Both the position numbers and the translations under genes were made by a program. DNA of 64,000 nucleotides from a virus: positions 32,001 through 96,000 of the IMG/VR virus record IMGVR_UViG_3300023179_000031; one strand, written 5' to 3'. Positions 49,901 through 59,130 of this stretch are shown here, in pieces (the first letter of the stretch is position 1; every line of letters starts with the position of its first letter). The notes beneath the pieces were generated by a model. The model was given only the letters and a program-made list of their open reading frames with translations, was not told the origin of the DNA and made no database searches.

Positions 49901-50479
49901 AGGTGTTGCAGTAATGAGCGGAGAACCCTTTTGTGTTACAACTCTATCATTTTTTCCTTTTCCAACTCCATTAAAATAACATTTTAATACAAGTTTATCA
50001 TCGCTATTTTTAAATCCAACATATCCCTCAAGGCTATTTTTAATATCTTTGATTTGTTGATCTTTTGAAGGATCTTTATTAGTATCAATTTGAGCATTTC
50101 CACTTTCATGATAATCTATTAATGACATTAATTCTGTTTGATATATAGAAGTTTCTGTATATTTACTTCCATCATATTTATGATATTTCCCAATAATATC
50201 TGTTAAATCTAGAGCGTCCATTATAGTGGCCGGTATAGTTGGAGAACCGCCGCCACCGCCGCCGCCTCCGGGAGAAGCTGTGGTTGTGGTGGTTGTTGAA
50301 GATGTTCTACTTAATACAACCTGTTTTCCAAAACTTGTTTTGACAAACTCTTCATAGCCACTTTTAGTTAATGAGCCAACACCATAATCTTGAAAATGCT
50401 TATCTAGAATGATAAATACATGATTATTATGATATGCATTTGCTATATTACCTTGAAAAAATCCCATAGTTAACTCCAT
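46943..50479 (-). CDS. Large putative tail/baseplate protein with Thr and Gly tracts
   Basis: 1178-aa ORF containing STTTTTTASPGGGGGGGG and TTGTTTTSAPDASTTTPPP; likely start is MGFF at 50467. Confidence 0.65.
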   Translation of the reverse strand: MELTMGFFQGNIANAYHNNHVFIILDKHFQDYGVGSLTKSGYEEFVKTSFGKQVVLSRTSSTTTTTTASPGGGGGGGGSPTIPATIMDALDLTDIIGKYHKYDGSKYTETSIYQTELMSLIDYHESGNAQIDTNKDPSKDQQIKDIKNSLEGYVGFKNSDDKLVLKCYFNGVGKGKNDRVVTQKGSPLITATPRLPSGRKVSYRNSQNARLEVVNGFPSVGTFVDATKGGDNDIDNVVTGPLRLSWNEVTGSWESANQQIARLLTDLEPANIVGVNLTDEDLNNAANTTYFDPSSEKYLGQRKTGKAMPLSVQSSNPDMFGPNLIRCDGSKRVEEISVVNRSNDSFKAGDIVLCSFISGEWIVQKFGSLETKPQPTSIGRWGFTKLIANSDWYFRDTDGALTLPATCQDLLKAKFYASLLDVNSAMEVTFFSKQEISTLNSVGTFTGVGRKLNYYIQTTSFDNSGPTKGGTGTQDFYSRINVEQPAFNDTISYYQTPIFWGPVFPDGYSSNGYARMKANANFFSGWKHTGISTASSGTPEANSGNYFFANNTIHTIQEVPNLNVNDSNFLQLPADIATNGKYGGDGFPIEDTHKIIQAINNSDAGFAQSINNLINNQGFAYYLGQINSPADMYALKPVNPLKLQFSPLCAELAGSDDANSPNLSSAYLFDRNFQKNARDALKNETRYDAVAGEAIPATTSLFGNLYTRLASFGLNNLTTITPVKCGGVYENALIGQFQGIPYDCYISKTPLNKPKASTTVFRSPVTASEDGANLVGIIAARNSFTKNKGGTFNVSLKQMFGMYGNFLGNGAGGSIAVTILGSIGAWTTDNTSSFKARYSPIWGSTNSDSIDSFGTTALHCMVWDYWPEQQTIFIPQYFSVLHFNPGVLFSYPRTRVSVFRPETTGTTTTSAPDASTTTPPPINIDIADYDVDFRIPSYNAKWGDGGYVPVSDGAVITFSNKLAPESDWRINTVRRGQLVTNEGFFYYKLVIGLNKDSATINTAGQGFSVGDKIDAAKGVVIEVTAVDSNGGISGFNFAIDTSLEGKIKANVSLPRKQGEGFKHTDFQNPYKLTIKSPTNKQSAIIEFTSGKAYKQIKQDVGPKMRTPITRLSSSSGEGTARVEETKNTTLNIEDNTGSKYPNKYEAFYFFHNDISHTFNMAEVDSNPNFTQYMTMTIS

Positions 50480-53400
50480 GAACTAAGTTTGTCTGATCCT
50501 TCGATTCCCTGAGAATTCATTTCTTGTATCATGTCTACATTATTTCTAGCTACAACAGACATATTTGGATGATCTTCAAAAGAAGCTGGTGATTTGTCTT
50601 CGATTAAATTTGTTGATGCAGAATTGTAAAATTTAAAACCAAAAATTTTAGCATTATGATTAAGAAATTCAATGCCTTGTATAAGTAGATTTGAAGACAT
50701 CATTGATGCTTCTATGTGGCGTTCGCTTAGTTGCGTATTAACGCCGCCCTGTAAGTTTGTTCCATCATCAACTAAGAACGAGTTGACATTTTGTGGAAGA
50801 ACAGAAATAACAGAAGTATCTACGGGTTGTGATGCTAAACCTCCAGTAACTAGATCTGTATTCATGCTATCATATCTCATAGAATTTTCAATATTTTTGT
50901 AAAGTTGTTGATAATTAATATTTGATTGATTTTTACCAATACCTTTTCTAATTAAAGCATTTTTTTCGTCTCTTTGTTTTTGTCTATTTCTACTTATATT
51001 AGAAATATTATCTAATTTTTGTTTTTGCATTTTTCCAAAACTGGCTGTATACAAGTCCATTTTATATGTAGTTTTTATTCCAGCTTGAGATACATCTACA
51101 GATATATTAGTTACTAATGGGCCTGCATTACCAAGAGATCTTGCCAAGGCTACTCCACTTGGAGCCGCTGGAACAACAAAGCCACCCCTTTCAGAAACAA
51201 GCATAGCGCTAGTACCAAACGCTGAATGCATTTGTCCAACAGCGTTCATTAAATCAAATCCATTATAATTCCAAGGTGCCAAATTCTCATCTTTAACAAA
51301 TTCTAATTTTCCACCAACTTGGTCTGTAGATACATAAGATGATAACCAAGGACCATAGCATCTTTCAGATGATCTCAATGGTATAGCCACTAAATCTGGA
51401 TAAACTGGCGACGGAGATGCGGCAGTAATTTTATTCGGTAAAGAAAATGTAAGACCCTCAAAAGTTTTGTCAATTGCGGCTTCAGCGTCTGGGCCAAGAC
51501 CTTCAGAAGACAATGTGCTATGAATATCTCTTTGTGTTCCGCTTGGTAATGCTGGAACATCAAAACCATCCACACCTTGGACTGTATCTAAAAGTAAAAA
51601 GTGTTTTAAATTTGCTGGAAATACTTTTTCTTTAAGGCTATCTCTATATCTTGAAGTTACTGTTGGAAATATTCTATTTGGCAGCGTGATCAAAGCGTAA
51701 ACATTGTCTGTGTCTAATTCAAAGTTTGGATTAACAACGGTAATGCTCGAATTTGTTATTGGTGCCGCCGTTGTTGTAACATAATTCGGTGGATTTGTAG
51801 TCGAGGTTGTTGTAGTTGTTGCTTCAACGGCTTGACTTATAATATCAAAAATTCTTACATTTGATGAATAATCTGACTCTCCGGGGATTGGACTATATAA
51901 TCTCTGAATATATCTAAAACTATCTTTATTAGTACATTTTATTGGATCAAATATTTTATTTGGAATAGAAAGAGTGGTAGTATATTGAACTTCTCTTCCA
52001 TGCACTTTTATTGATCGAACAGAGCTTTTTGGTGGCATGTATAATGTTTCACTAACATCACATTTTACGAAAGCAACACATCCAGAAGGCGCTAAATCTG
52101 CCGAAGATGGATCAAACTTGTCTCCGGTGCGTGAAGAATTTTCTAATTGATAAGATATATCTGGAATAAAATATCCAGCCTTTATAACCTGTTGAGTAAA
52201 ACTATCTTTGCTTATACCATCAAATGATAGTTGTTCACTATTGTCAAATCTTACATAAGCAGAAATTCTAGAATTTTCATTTACAAAATTTGTTGCGTCC
52301 AGTGGTATAAGTCCAGCATTTATACCATAATTAGATCCAGCACTTGAAGCTAATAAGTCGAATGGATAATATCCACCTTGATTATCTGGAGTATAATTAG
52401 ATTCATATTGTTCTGTTATTGGATTATAATTTATTTTTAATGCTCCATAATATGGATCTAAACCGCCAGACAATTGATAGTTGTTCATTCCACTGCTATC
52501 TGGCAAATCGTCAAGATTGTCACGATGCAATGGATCATTATTAATAGATCTTCTCATGAATCCAAATGGGCCTTTTCGGATTTCCATAGATGAGCCAACA
52601 CCAACGGTAGACACTGTTGTGCTATAATTAGGATTAACCCTCTTAGGAATTTTTACTAAGAATTTTTTGCCTAAACATTCATCTGCTATATTTTTTAAGA
52701 AGTTGTAAACACGGTGCGCATTTTGATTATTTCTTTGGGCGGTTCTTTGAGATCCAGCAACTATGGGTCCAAGTTGGTTAAGCATTTTTTCTATCAAAGC
52801 AATGTTTCTAGTTCCACTATTTAATGAAGTTTTGATAAATTGATAGAATTCTTTTTCTGCCTCGCTTTTTCCAGCGACATTATTATCTAATTCTTTAGAT
52901 ATTGAATTTAATACTCCAACAAATTCTTTATCATTTGTTGTATTTCTGAGTGCTGTAAGTTGAGTAAATAACTTAGTGCCAATAGATGTTAAATTTGCCA
53001 AACCGGCTTGAGGTATGCCAATTTGAGTAGCTCTTTTATAATACAACGGATAACCATAAGGTGGATTGCATGGGCTTTTTGGTATACCATTTGCGTCATA
53101 TCCGTTTTGGTCGGATGTCCAAACCGATCTAGGAACTGTAACCGCATAATTACTGGATACTTCTATTGGAATATTAATACCAATGGCTGCAAACTCATTT
53201 ACAGTATTGTTTATACTAGCAATATCTCTTATATCATTACTTTCAACAGACTCCATATACAATTCATTATACATCATTAAAAATTCTGACCATCTTTCAA
53301 AGGATATTGCAGCCGCCCTCAATTCCATTTCTGTGGCAACGTAATAGTTTCCAACACCATTAGCATTAAGAGTGCTTGAATCTAGTAATATTTGCTGATA

Positions 53401-55005
53401 TGATCCAAAACCCTTTGGTATTGTTACAGCTTTATTTCCAAGCATACCATAATATGGTAATACTTGTTGTGCAAATGAAGCTTCTAATGACCACTGTGGG
53501 TATCCGCTTGTGCGCGATGTTTTGTCTCTATCTGTATTAGTTGTAAAATAATGCATATCAACTTCTTGCGCACCAACCAAGAACTTGTCTGTAACAGTGT
53601 TTGCAAGCTCGTATCCAACATCTCTATTTTCAATAGGAAGTGTTAATGAGTCTAAATATGTCTTAATAGCAGTTAATGACGGTGGTGACGATTTATCTAT
53701 AGCGATTACTTTGATAATGCCAGCAATTATTTCTTGTGGTTTGTTTCCTGCAATTTTACCATTATTGTAGTTGTATAATGCTTGACAAGCTGGATGATTT
53801 ATTACCGGAAGCAAAGTTACAAATAATTCCCAATTTAATATTTCACAAATTTCTAAACATAGATCTAAAACATTTATCTGATCATAATCTAAAAAGTAAA
53901 ACTGTGGTAAAACAGGAAGACCAGTTAAATCAACAACATAATTCATCCCTCTAAAATTAATATATCCTCCAAAACCAGCATCTTTATATTCTTGAGGCAT
54001 TTGACCGTCAAAACCAGACATGGCATTTATAGCTTGCACTATTCTGTAATACGGTATACCCTGTTGACATCTCCTAGATCTACCAGTTCCTGTGATTGGG
54101 AATTTTGTTGGAAAAGTACCAATTGCTGATTGATTAAATTCAAATTTTACAGAATCTTGATATAAAGTATTTGAAGATGGAATTCCTCGCGGATAATACA
54201 TGTCTGTTCCAACAAAACCGTATGATCCATCACTATTTTTGATTTTTTTTAACACAGACGCATTTGATCCACCGTAATAACTTTCATATTGTGATGAATT
54301 AAATTCTAAGAATCCAAAAATATTAAGTATATTTTGTCCACCATATGTTGAGCCTGCGTAATTATTAAGAATAAGCTGAACATTTGATAAAACTTCTCTT
54401 GGATCAACAATTTGCGCTGAATATATTGGTGTTCCCGCTGAACTTTTATTTTGAGTGAATGTTTGTAATATCCCACCAAAAGTAAAATGATCTCTAGCAT
54501 AATTACCTTGAGATGAAGTAAAATCATATAAATCATCAAATGGTTTTAAGAATGCATCTTGAACAGAAGCTCTTTTTGCCCCAAAACTAAAAAATACCGG
54601 ACTGCCAACTGGCGGTGGCATGAATTGATCTTTAACGCCATTATGGTATACATCTTGACCTCTACCAAGGCCAGATCCATCAGACTTATTATATTCATCT
54701 TCAACAAGCTGTATTCCAAGAGTTGAACTACTATCACCAAATCCAGCGTTTACACTAAAACTAGATATAGATGCGCCAAGAAATGTTTGTTGTTCATATG
54801 TTGGATACGTACCGCCAGCAACACTAAGATCTGTTAAAGATAATGAATTTGGATCAACTGTCGTGGTTGTAGTTGTTGTAGTTGTTGATGTAGTTGTTGT
54901 AGTAGTAGTTGTTGTAGTAGTAGTTGTGGTGGTTGTAGAAGTTGTAGCACCATTTGGATCTGGAGTCGTGTTTATTGGTGGGTATGGTGGAATAAATAAT
55001 GTCAT
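50470..55005 (-). CDS. Large putative tail/baseplate hub protein with N-terminal poly-Thr
   Basis: 1511 aa; long Thr tract at the N-terminus; C-terminal VTNISVDVSQAGIKTTYKM resembles tail-hub termini. Confidence 0.65.
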   Translation of the reverse strand: MTLFIPPYPPINTTPDPNGATTSTTTTTTTTTTTTTTTTSTTTTTTTTTVDPNSLSLTDLSVAGGTYPTYEQQTFLGASISSFSVNAGFGDSSSTLGIQLVEDEYNKSDGSGLGRGQDVYHNGVKDQFMPPPVGSPVFFSFGAKRASVQDAFLKPFDDLYDFTSSQGNYARDHFTFGGILQTFTQNKSSAGTPIYSAQIVDPREVLSNVQLILNNYAGSTYGGQNILNIFGFLEFNSSQYESYYGGSNASVLKKIKNSDGSYGFVGTDMYYPRGIPSSNTLYQDSVKFEFNQSAIGTFPTKFPITGTGRSRRCQQGIPYYRIVQAINAMSGFDGQMPQEYKDAGFGGYINFRGMNYVVDLTGLPVLPQFYFLDYDQINVLDLCLEICEILNWELFVTLLPVINHPACQALYNYNNGKIAGNKPQEIIAGIIKVIAIDKSSPPSLTAIKTYLDSLTLPIENRDVGYELANTVTDKFLVGAQEVDMHYFTTNTDRDKTSRTSGYPQWSLEASFAQQVLPYYGMLGNKAVTIPKGFGSYQQILLDSSTLNANGVGNYYVATEMELRAAAISFERWSEFLMMYNELYMESVESNDIRDIASINNTVNEFAAIGINIPIEVSSNYAVTVPRSVWTSDQNGYDANGIPKSPCNPPYGYPLYYKRATQIGIPQAGLANLTSIGTKLFTQLTALRNTTNDKEFVGVLNSISKELDNNVAGKSEAEKEFYQFIKTSLNSGTRNIALIEKMLNQLGPIVAGSQRTAQRNNQNAHRVYNFLKNIADECLGKKFLVKIPKRVNPNYSTTVSTVGVGSSMEIRKGPFGFMRRSINNDPLHRDNLDDLPDSSGMNNYQLSGGLDPYYGALKINYNPITEQYESNYTPDNQGGYYPFDLLASSAGSNYGINAGLIPLDATNFVNENSRISAYVRFDNSEQLSFDGISKDSFTQQVIKAGYFIPDISYQLENSSRTGDKFDPSSADLAPSGCVAFVKCDVSETLYMPPKSSVRSIKVHGREVQYTTTLSIPNKIFDPIKCTNKDSFRYIQRLYSPIPGESDYSSNVRIFDIISQAVEATTTTTSTTNPPNYVTTTAAPITNSSITVVNPNFELDTDNVYALITLPNRIFPTVTSRYRDSLKEKVFPANLKHFLLLDTVQGVDGFDVPALPSGTQRDIHSTLSSEGLGPDAEAAIDKTFEGLTFSLPNKITAASPSPVYPDLVAIPLRSSERCYGPWLSSYVSTDQVGGKLEFVKDENLAPWNYNGFDLMNAVGQMHSAFGTSAMLVSERGGFVVPAAPSGVALARSLGNAGPLVTNISVDVSQAGIKTTYKMDLYTASFGKMQKQKLDNISNISRNRQKQRDEKNALIRKGIGKNQSNINYQQLYKNIENSMRYDSMNTDLVTGGLASQPVDTSVISVLPQNVNSFLVDDGTNLQGGVNTQLSERHIEASMMSSNLLIQGIEFLNHNAKIFGFKFYNSASTNLIEDKSPASFEDHPNMSVVARNNVDMIQEMNSQGIEGSDKLSSWS

Positions 55006-55014
55006 AATATATCC

Positions 55015-55335
55015 TTAATATGGACTGTATGTAGCTACAACAAGATTTCGTGAAATTGTAATACTGGTTTTTACTTCATATGGAGATGTGTCTACAAGAC
55101 CTTGGCCGCCGTTTTGATTTGGAAGATAGTGTATGTATTCTCCAAATATTAAAGCATTATATGATACTTGAGATGAATTAGATAATATATTTTGGCCATT
55201 TGAGTTATTTGGTACGCGCTTATAAACATGGGTTTTTAAAGTGCCATCATACGCCGGTCTTAAGAATGATATAGTGCCACTAGGGCCAGCTACCACATTT
55301 CCCAATTCATCTACTTGATTTATTATGTCTTCCAT
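55015..55335 (-). CDS. Hypothetical protein
   Basis: 106-aa ORF tightly packed between structural genes. Confidence 0.6.
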   Translation of the reverse strand: MEDIINQVDELGNVVAGPSGTISFLRPAYDGTLKTHVYKRVPNNSNGQNILSNSSQVSYNALIFGEYIHYLPNQNGGQGLVDTSPYEVKTSITISRNLVVATYSPY

Positions 55336-55338
55336 AGT

Positions 55339-58300
55339 TTATTTTTTTGGTGGCGTAAGACTGTTTTTACTAACATTTGTTTTATTATCTTCTCGTACTT
55401 TAAAATTAGGATCTTCAAAATTTGCTACGATTGTTGGTAATAAATTGGATTTTACAATACCCGGAGTTTTAGTGTCATTATTTACTGGAAGTTGATATGT
55501 TCCTACTGGTGGTTTTGGTATCCTTGTTGTTGTTGAAGTTGTTGTAATCGTTGTAATACCAGTTGGAATAATTGGTGCTAAAGTTGTTGTTGTTGTTCTT
55601 GTAAAGATGTTATTTTGTGGTTTTATTGTGGTTGTAGTGATGATGGTTGGCATTGATGTGGTATATATTGGCTGAAATATTGTCGTGGTAATATAGGGGT
55701 TCAGTGGGTTTCGTGTTGTGGTTGTGGTGGGAGCTTTAGTAGTTGTCGTACTTGTGGTTGTCGTTGGAATGGCTGTACCAATGAAAGAAACTGTCTGAAT
55801 ATTAATTTCATTTTTTGGCGGAATTGTCACATATATGATATAACTATAAGTTAAAGTTCCATTTATTATTGTTTTGTTAAGTACAGCCTCGACTGGAAAA
55901 GAACAATGAACACTTGGTATAATATCAAAACCATATCCATTATCTGGCCTTAAAAATATTTCACCAAGTCTAGCTCGCTTACCAACAGATAATTCGCTTT
56001 CTAATGTTAGCGATTCCGTGTTTAATTTACAGTTTTGAATAATATTTGTAAGACGAACAGAAAAAGTGTTTTTTTCTGGAGGAATTGTTGTTGTCGTTGT
56101 TGTTGTAATAGTAGTTGTAGTAGGTATAGGTATTGCTTTGCCACGTATAGTTAATTTTTGATAGTTATTGTCTCCGATTTTTGGGATTGTTCCATATACA
56201 TAAACATAATAGTAACATTTTCCACCAAAACATTCTGTTTGAAGGCTTGCATTCAGCGGTGCAAACGCATTGAGAATTGATAGATTTTCTAGTCTAATTT
56301 CATATCCATCGTCTGGATATATAGAAACTAATGCAAGTTGAAAACCGGCTCCAATTGGTAACAAAGAAGACGCTAACGTTGTATGACTTAGCGTTGCGTT
56401 TTCAATCTCGTCAATAAATTCTACAGAAAAAATATTTGATGGTGGTCTGGTTGTTGTGGTTGTGGTAACAGTAGTTGTTGTGGATGTAGTTGTTGTGGTA
56501 GATGTTGCGGGAGCGACAGTGGTGGTTGTAGTAGATACTACGGGAGCATTGGTAGTTGTTGTAACAATTGGGGTTGCTTTCCCGCGTATAGTTAATTTTT
56601 GATAGTTTTTATCTCCAATATTTGGAATTATACCATCCATGTTAATGTCATAATAATATTTGCCATTTACATACGATATATTAATTGACGCATTCAGGGG
56701 TGGAGATCTATTAAGAATAGATACATTTTCTGCTTTAATTTCATATCCTTTATCTGGATATATGGAAACAGATGGAATTGTAAAAGCTTGACCGGGACTT
56801 AAAAGCGGTGACGATACATTTGTCTTGCTTAGTGTTGCATTTGCAATTTCATTTACAAGCTCTACAGAAAACGAGTTGTTTGGCGGTTGAGTTGTAGTCG
56901 TTGTTGTAGTAATGGTTGTAGTTATAGCCCCATCGCCCTTTACAACTAAATTAATAGGTATGTTCAAAGTAACATCTTGATCTAAAAATTTACTCAAGTA
57001 TGGGTATGTATTATAATTATCATAATCATATTGGACAAGATATAACCGCGTGTAACCTGTTGCCAGTTTTGCACTTAAAAGTCGAATTCTACCAATAATA
57101 AGATTGTTTGCATTTCGAATATACAAAATTAACCCCGCTGGGGATGAAAATATTTCGTATGGGCTAGATGGGTTAAATTGAACAAAATATTGAATTTCTG
57201 CTACAATTGATCCAGGTTCCACAGATGCAGAAGAAAATGTTTGAGTTTTATTGCCAAAAAAATAAACAATATCGCTTGCATCAGCGCCATTTTGAAATTT
57301 AGCAGATGGATAAAAATTAACTGTAATATTCTTTGGTGGAGAAATTTGTTTAAATATTATCTTTATGGCAACGTTGAAAGATCTAGCAACGTCTAATCGC
57401 GGAGTAGATGTGGATGCGTCGGCGGAACCTTCTACAACAAAAGAGCGATCTACTGGATCAAATTTAACTATACCAGTATCAACAATTTGTCCAGCAGAAT
57501 TTGTTAAATAAAAATTTTGTCCATTTGGATATCGCACTTCTTTAATTTGTAATAATGAATTTTGTATTGAATAGTATATCTTTTGAGTACTAAAAAATTT
57601 ATTTCTATTTCCACATGCTGATAGGGCGTTATTAACTATTGTAAAAGGTACTGTAGTATCACTTATCTGTGTTCCATCTTCAAATTCAGCAGAAGTAATA
57701 TAATTTAATGTAACGCACGGTGTCTCTCCGGGTTTTGAAGTTGTTGTAGTTGTTGTAGTTGTTGTAGTTGTGGTTGTTGATGTAGTGGTAGTAGTTATGG
57801 TAGTTGTTGCTGCCGGTATAGTGGTTGTAGTAATAGCGCAAGTGGATCCATTAATTTCTATAGTAATGTCGCCGTCACCATCAAACCAAGGTAATTCATA
57901 GAAAGTACTAGTTAAAATATACCTAGTTCCTAGCGCTGTGTCTGTATCAAAATTAAATGTAGGAGTATTATTATATGAAAAAGTTAGTGCTTGTGATGGA
58001 TTTCTTTTTCCAAAACTATAAAATCTTGCAGATAAACTTGACCTCATTTCTCCGCTAGTAGAATTATATCTACAATCAAAAGTATAGCCATTATTTGCAG
58101 TAATTGTTATTGAAACAGATGATCTTGGTATTGTCCAAGGCGGTCCAGAAGATGAATCTGCAACAATTTTAGATCTAGACACTCTAATGGTAGAGTTTGG
58201 AACATTATTAACATATTCAATGTTTAGTGTACGCAATTTAGGTGCGGCGGTTGTTGTAGTGGTTGTTGTCGTGGTGGTTGTTGGTCCTTTATATTTTAGG

Positions 58301-59130
58301 ATCAATTTTATTGGTACAGTGTAAGATCTATTTATATCTAGATTAGCTGGCCAATTAATCCCATTTATTGTGCTGATTATAAATCCACGAAATCCATAAT
58401 CTATTTTAAGTGTACCTATGTCGTTTAAGCGTGAATCACGAATAGTAACAGTCTGTGAATTAGGATAATTTATGTATAATACTTCGTAGTTGGTGTCCGC
58501 TAACGTGTATTCAGCAATATTATTTAAGGAGCTAGTATCGCCACAAAGTGTTATTGAATTATTACCCTTCCAAGATATTGCGCCCCGTATTGGTGTTCCA
58601 TTTTCTAATTCTGATGATGGAGTCAGGTCTATGGTTACGCATTTAGGTTTTACAGTTGTGGTTGTTGTGGTGCTAGTAGTAGAATTAATAATTATATCAT
58701 AATAGCTTGCGCTGTTTAATATACCTTCATAATAACTATATGGTAATAATATTGAATTACAAGTTGATGGTGATGGGTAGCCTATAGTCTTAATGGTTAC
58801 ACTTGCCCCAACAGCATAGCGAATATAAACTCTTCCATCTTGATCTTGCGCAAAATAAGTTTCATCGGCTATAATTGGATCAGTAGTAACAGTAAATTTA
58901 TTAGATGCATAATAATCTGTAGACAAAGATGGCAAATTTGAAAAATTATATCTAAGATTAATGTTTCTAGATGAAGATATGTAAACTACAACATTAAATT
59001 CCCAATTTTTTGTTAAACATATTGATGGTATATCTCCTGTAATTTTAAACGAAATTACACCAGTGGCGCTATTTCCTTTTCTTTGAACATTTTTGGTTAT
59101 AAGTCGAACTGAATACGCCATATCATTCAC
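55339..59130 (-). CDS. Beads-on-a-string protein: repeated beta-sandwich domains joined by poly-Thr linkers
   Basis: Repeated units (FSVELVNEIANATLS..YPDKGYEI..YQKLTIRGKA / FSVEFIDEIENATLS..YPDDGYEI..YQKLTIRGKA) separated by numerous Thr tracts. Confidence 0.8.
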   Translation of the reverse strand: MNDMAYSVRLITKNVQRKGNSATGVISFKITGDIPSICLTKNWEFNVVVYISSSRNINLRYNFSNLPSLSTDYYASNKFTVTTDPIIADETYFAQDQDGRVYIRYAVGASVTIKTIGYPSPSTCNSILLPYSYYEGILNSASYYDIIINSTTSTTTTTTVKPKCVTIDLTPSSELENGTPIRGAISWKGNNSITLCGDTSSLNNIAEYTLADTNYEVLYINYPNSQTVTIRDSRLNDIGTLKIDYGFRGFIISTINGINWPANLDINRSYTVPIKLILKYKGPTTTTTTTTTTTAAPKLRTLNIEYVNNVPNSTIRVSRSKIVADSSSGPPWTIPRSSVSITITANNGYTFDCRYNSTSGEMRSSLSARFYSFGKRNPSQALTFSYNNTPTFNFDTDTALGTRYILTSTFYELPWFDGDGDITIEINGSTCAITTTTIPAATTTITTTTTSTTTTTTTTTTTTTSKPGETPCVTLNYITSAEFEDGTQISDTTVPFTIVNNALSACGNRNKFFSTQKIYYSIQNSLLQIKEVRYPNGQNFYLTNSAGQIVDTGIVKFDPVDRSFVVEGSADASTSTPRLDVARSFNVAIKIIFKQISPPKNITVNFYPSAKFQNGADASDIVYFFGNKTQTFSSASVEPGSIVAEIQYFVQFNPSSPYEIFSSPAGLILYIRNANNLIIGRIRLLSAKLATGYTRLYLVQYDYDNYNTYPYLSKFLDQDVTLNIPINLVVKGDGAITTTITTTTTTTQPPNNSFSVELVNEIANATLSKTNVSSPLLSPGQAFTIPSVSIYPDKGYEIKAENVSILNRSPPLNASINISYVNGKYYYDINMDGIIPNIGDKNYQKLTIRGKATPIVTTTTNAPVVSTTTTTVAPATSTTTTTSTTTTVTTTTTTRPPSNIFSVEFIDEIENATLSHTTLASSLLPIGAGFQLALVSIYPDDGYEIRLENLSILNAFAPLNASLQTECFGGKCYYYVYVYGTIPKIGDNNYQKLTIRGKAIPIPTTTTITTTTTTTIPPEKNTFSVRLTNIIQNCKLNTESLTLESELSVGKRARLGEIFLRPDNGYGFDIIPSVHCSFPVEAVLNKTIINGTLTYSYIIYVTIPPKNEINIQTVSFIGTAIPTTTTSTTTTKAPTTTTTRNPLNPYITTTIFQPIYTTSMPTIITTTTIKPQNNIFTRTTTTTLAPIIPTGITTITTTSTTTRIPKPPVGTYQLPVNNDTKTPGIVKSNLLPTIVANFEDPNFKVREDNKTNVSKNSLTPPKK

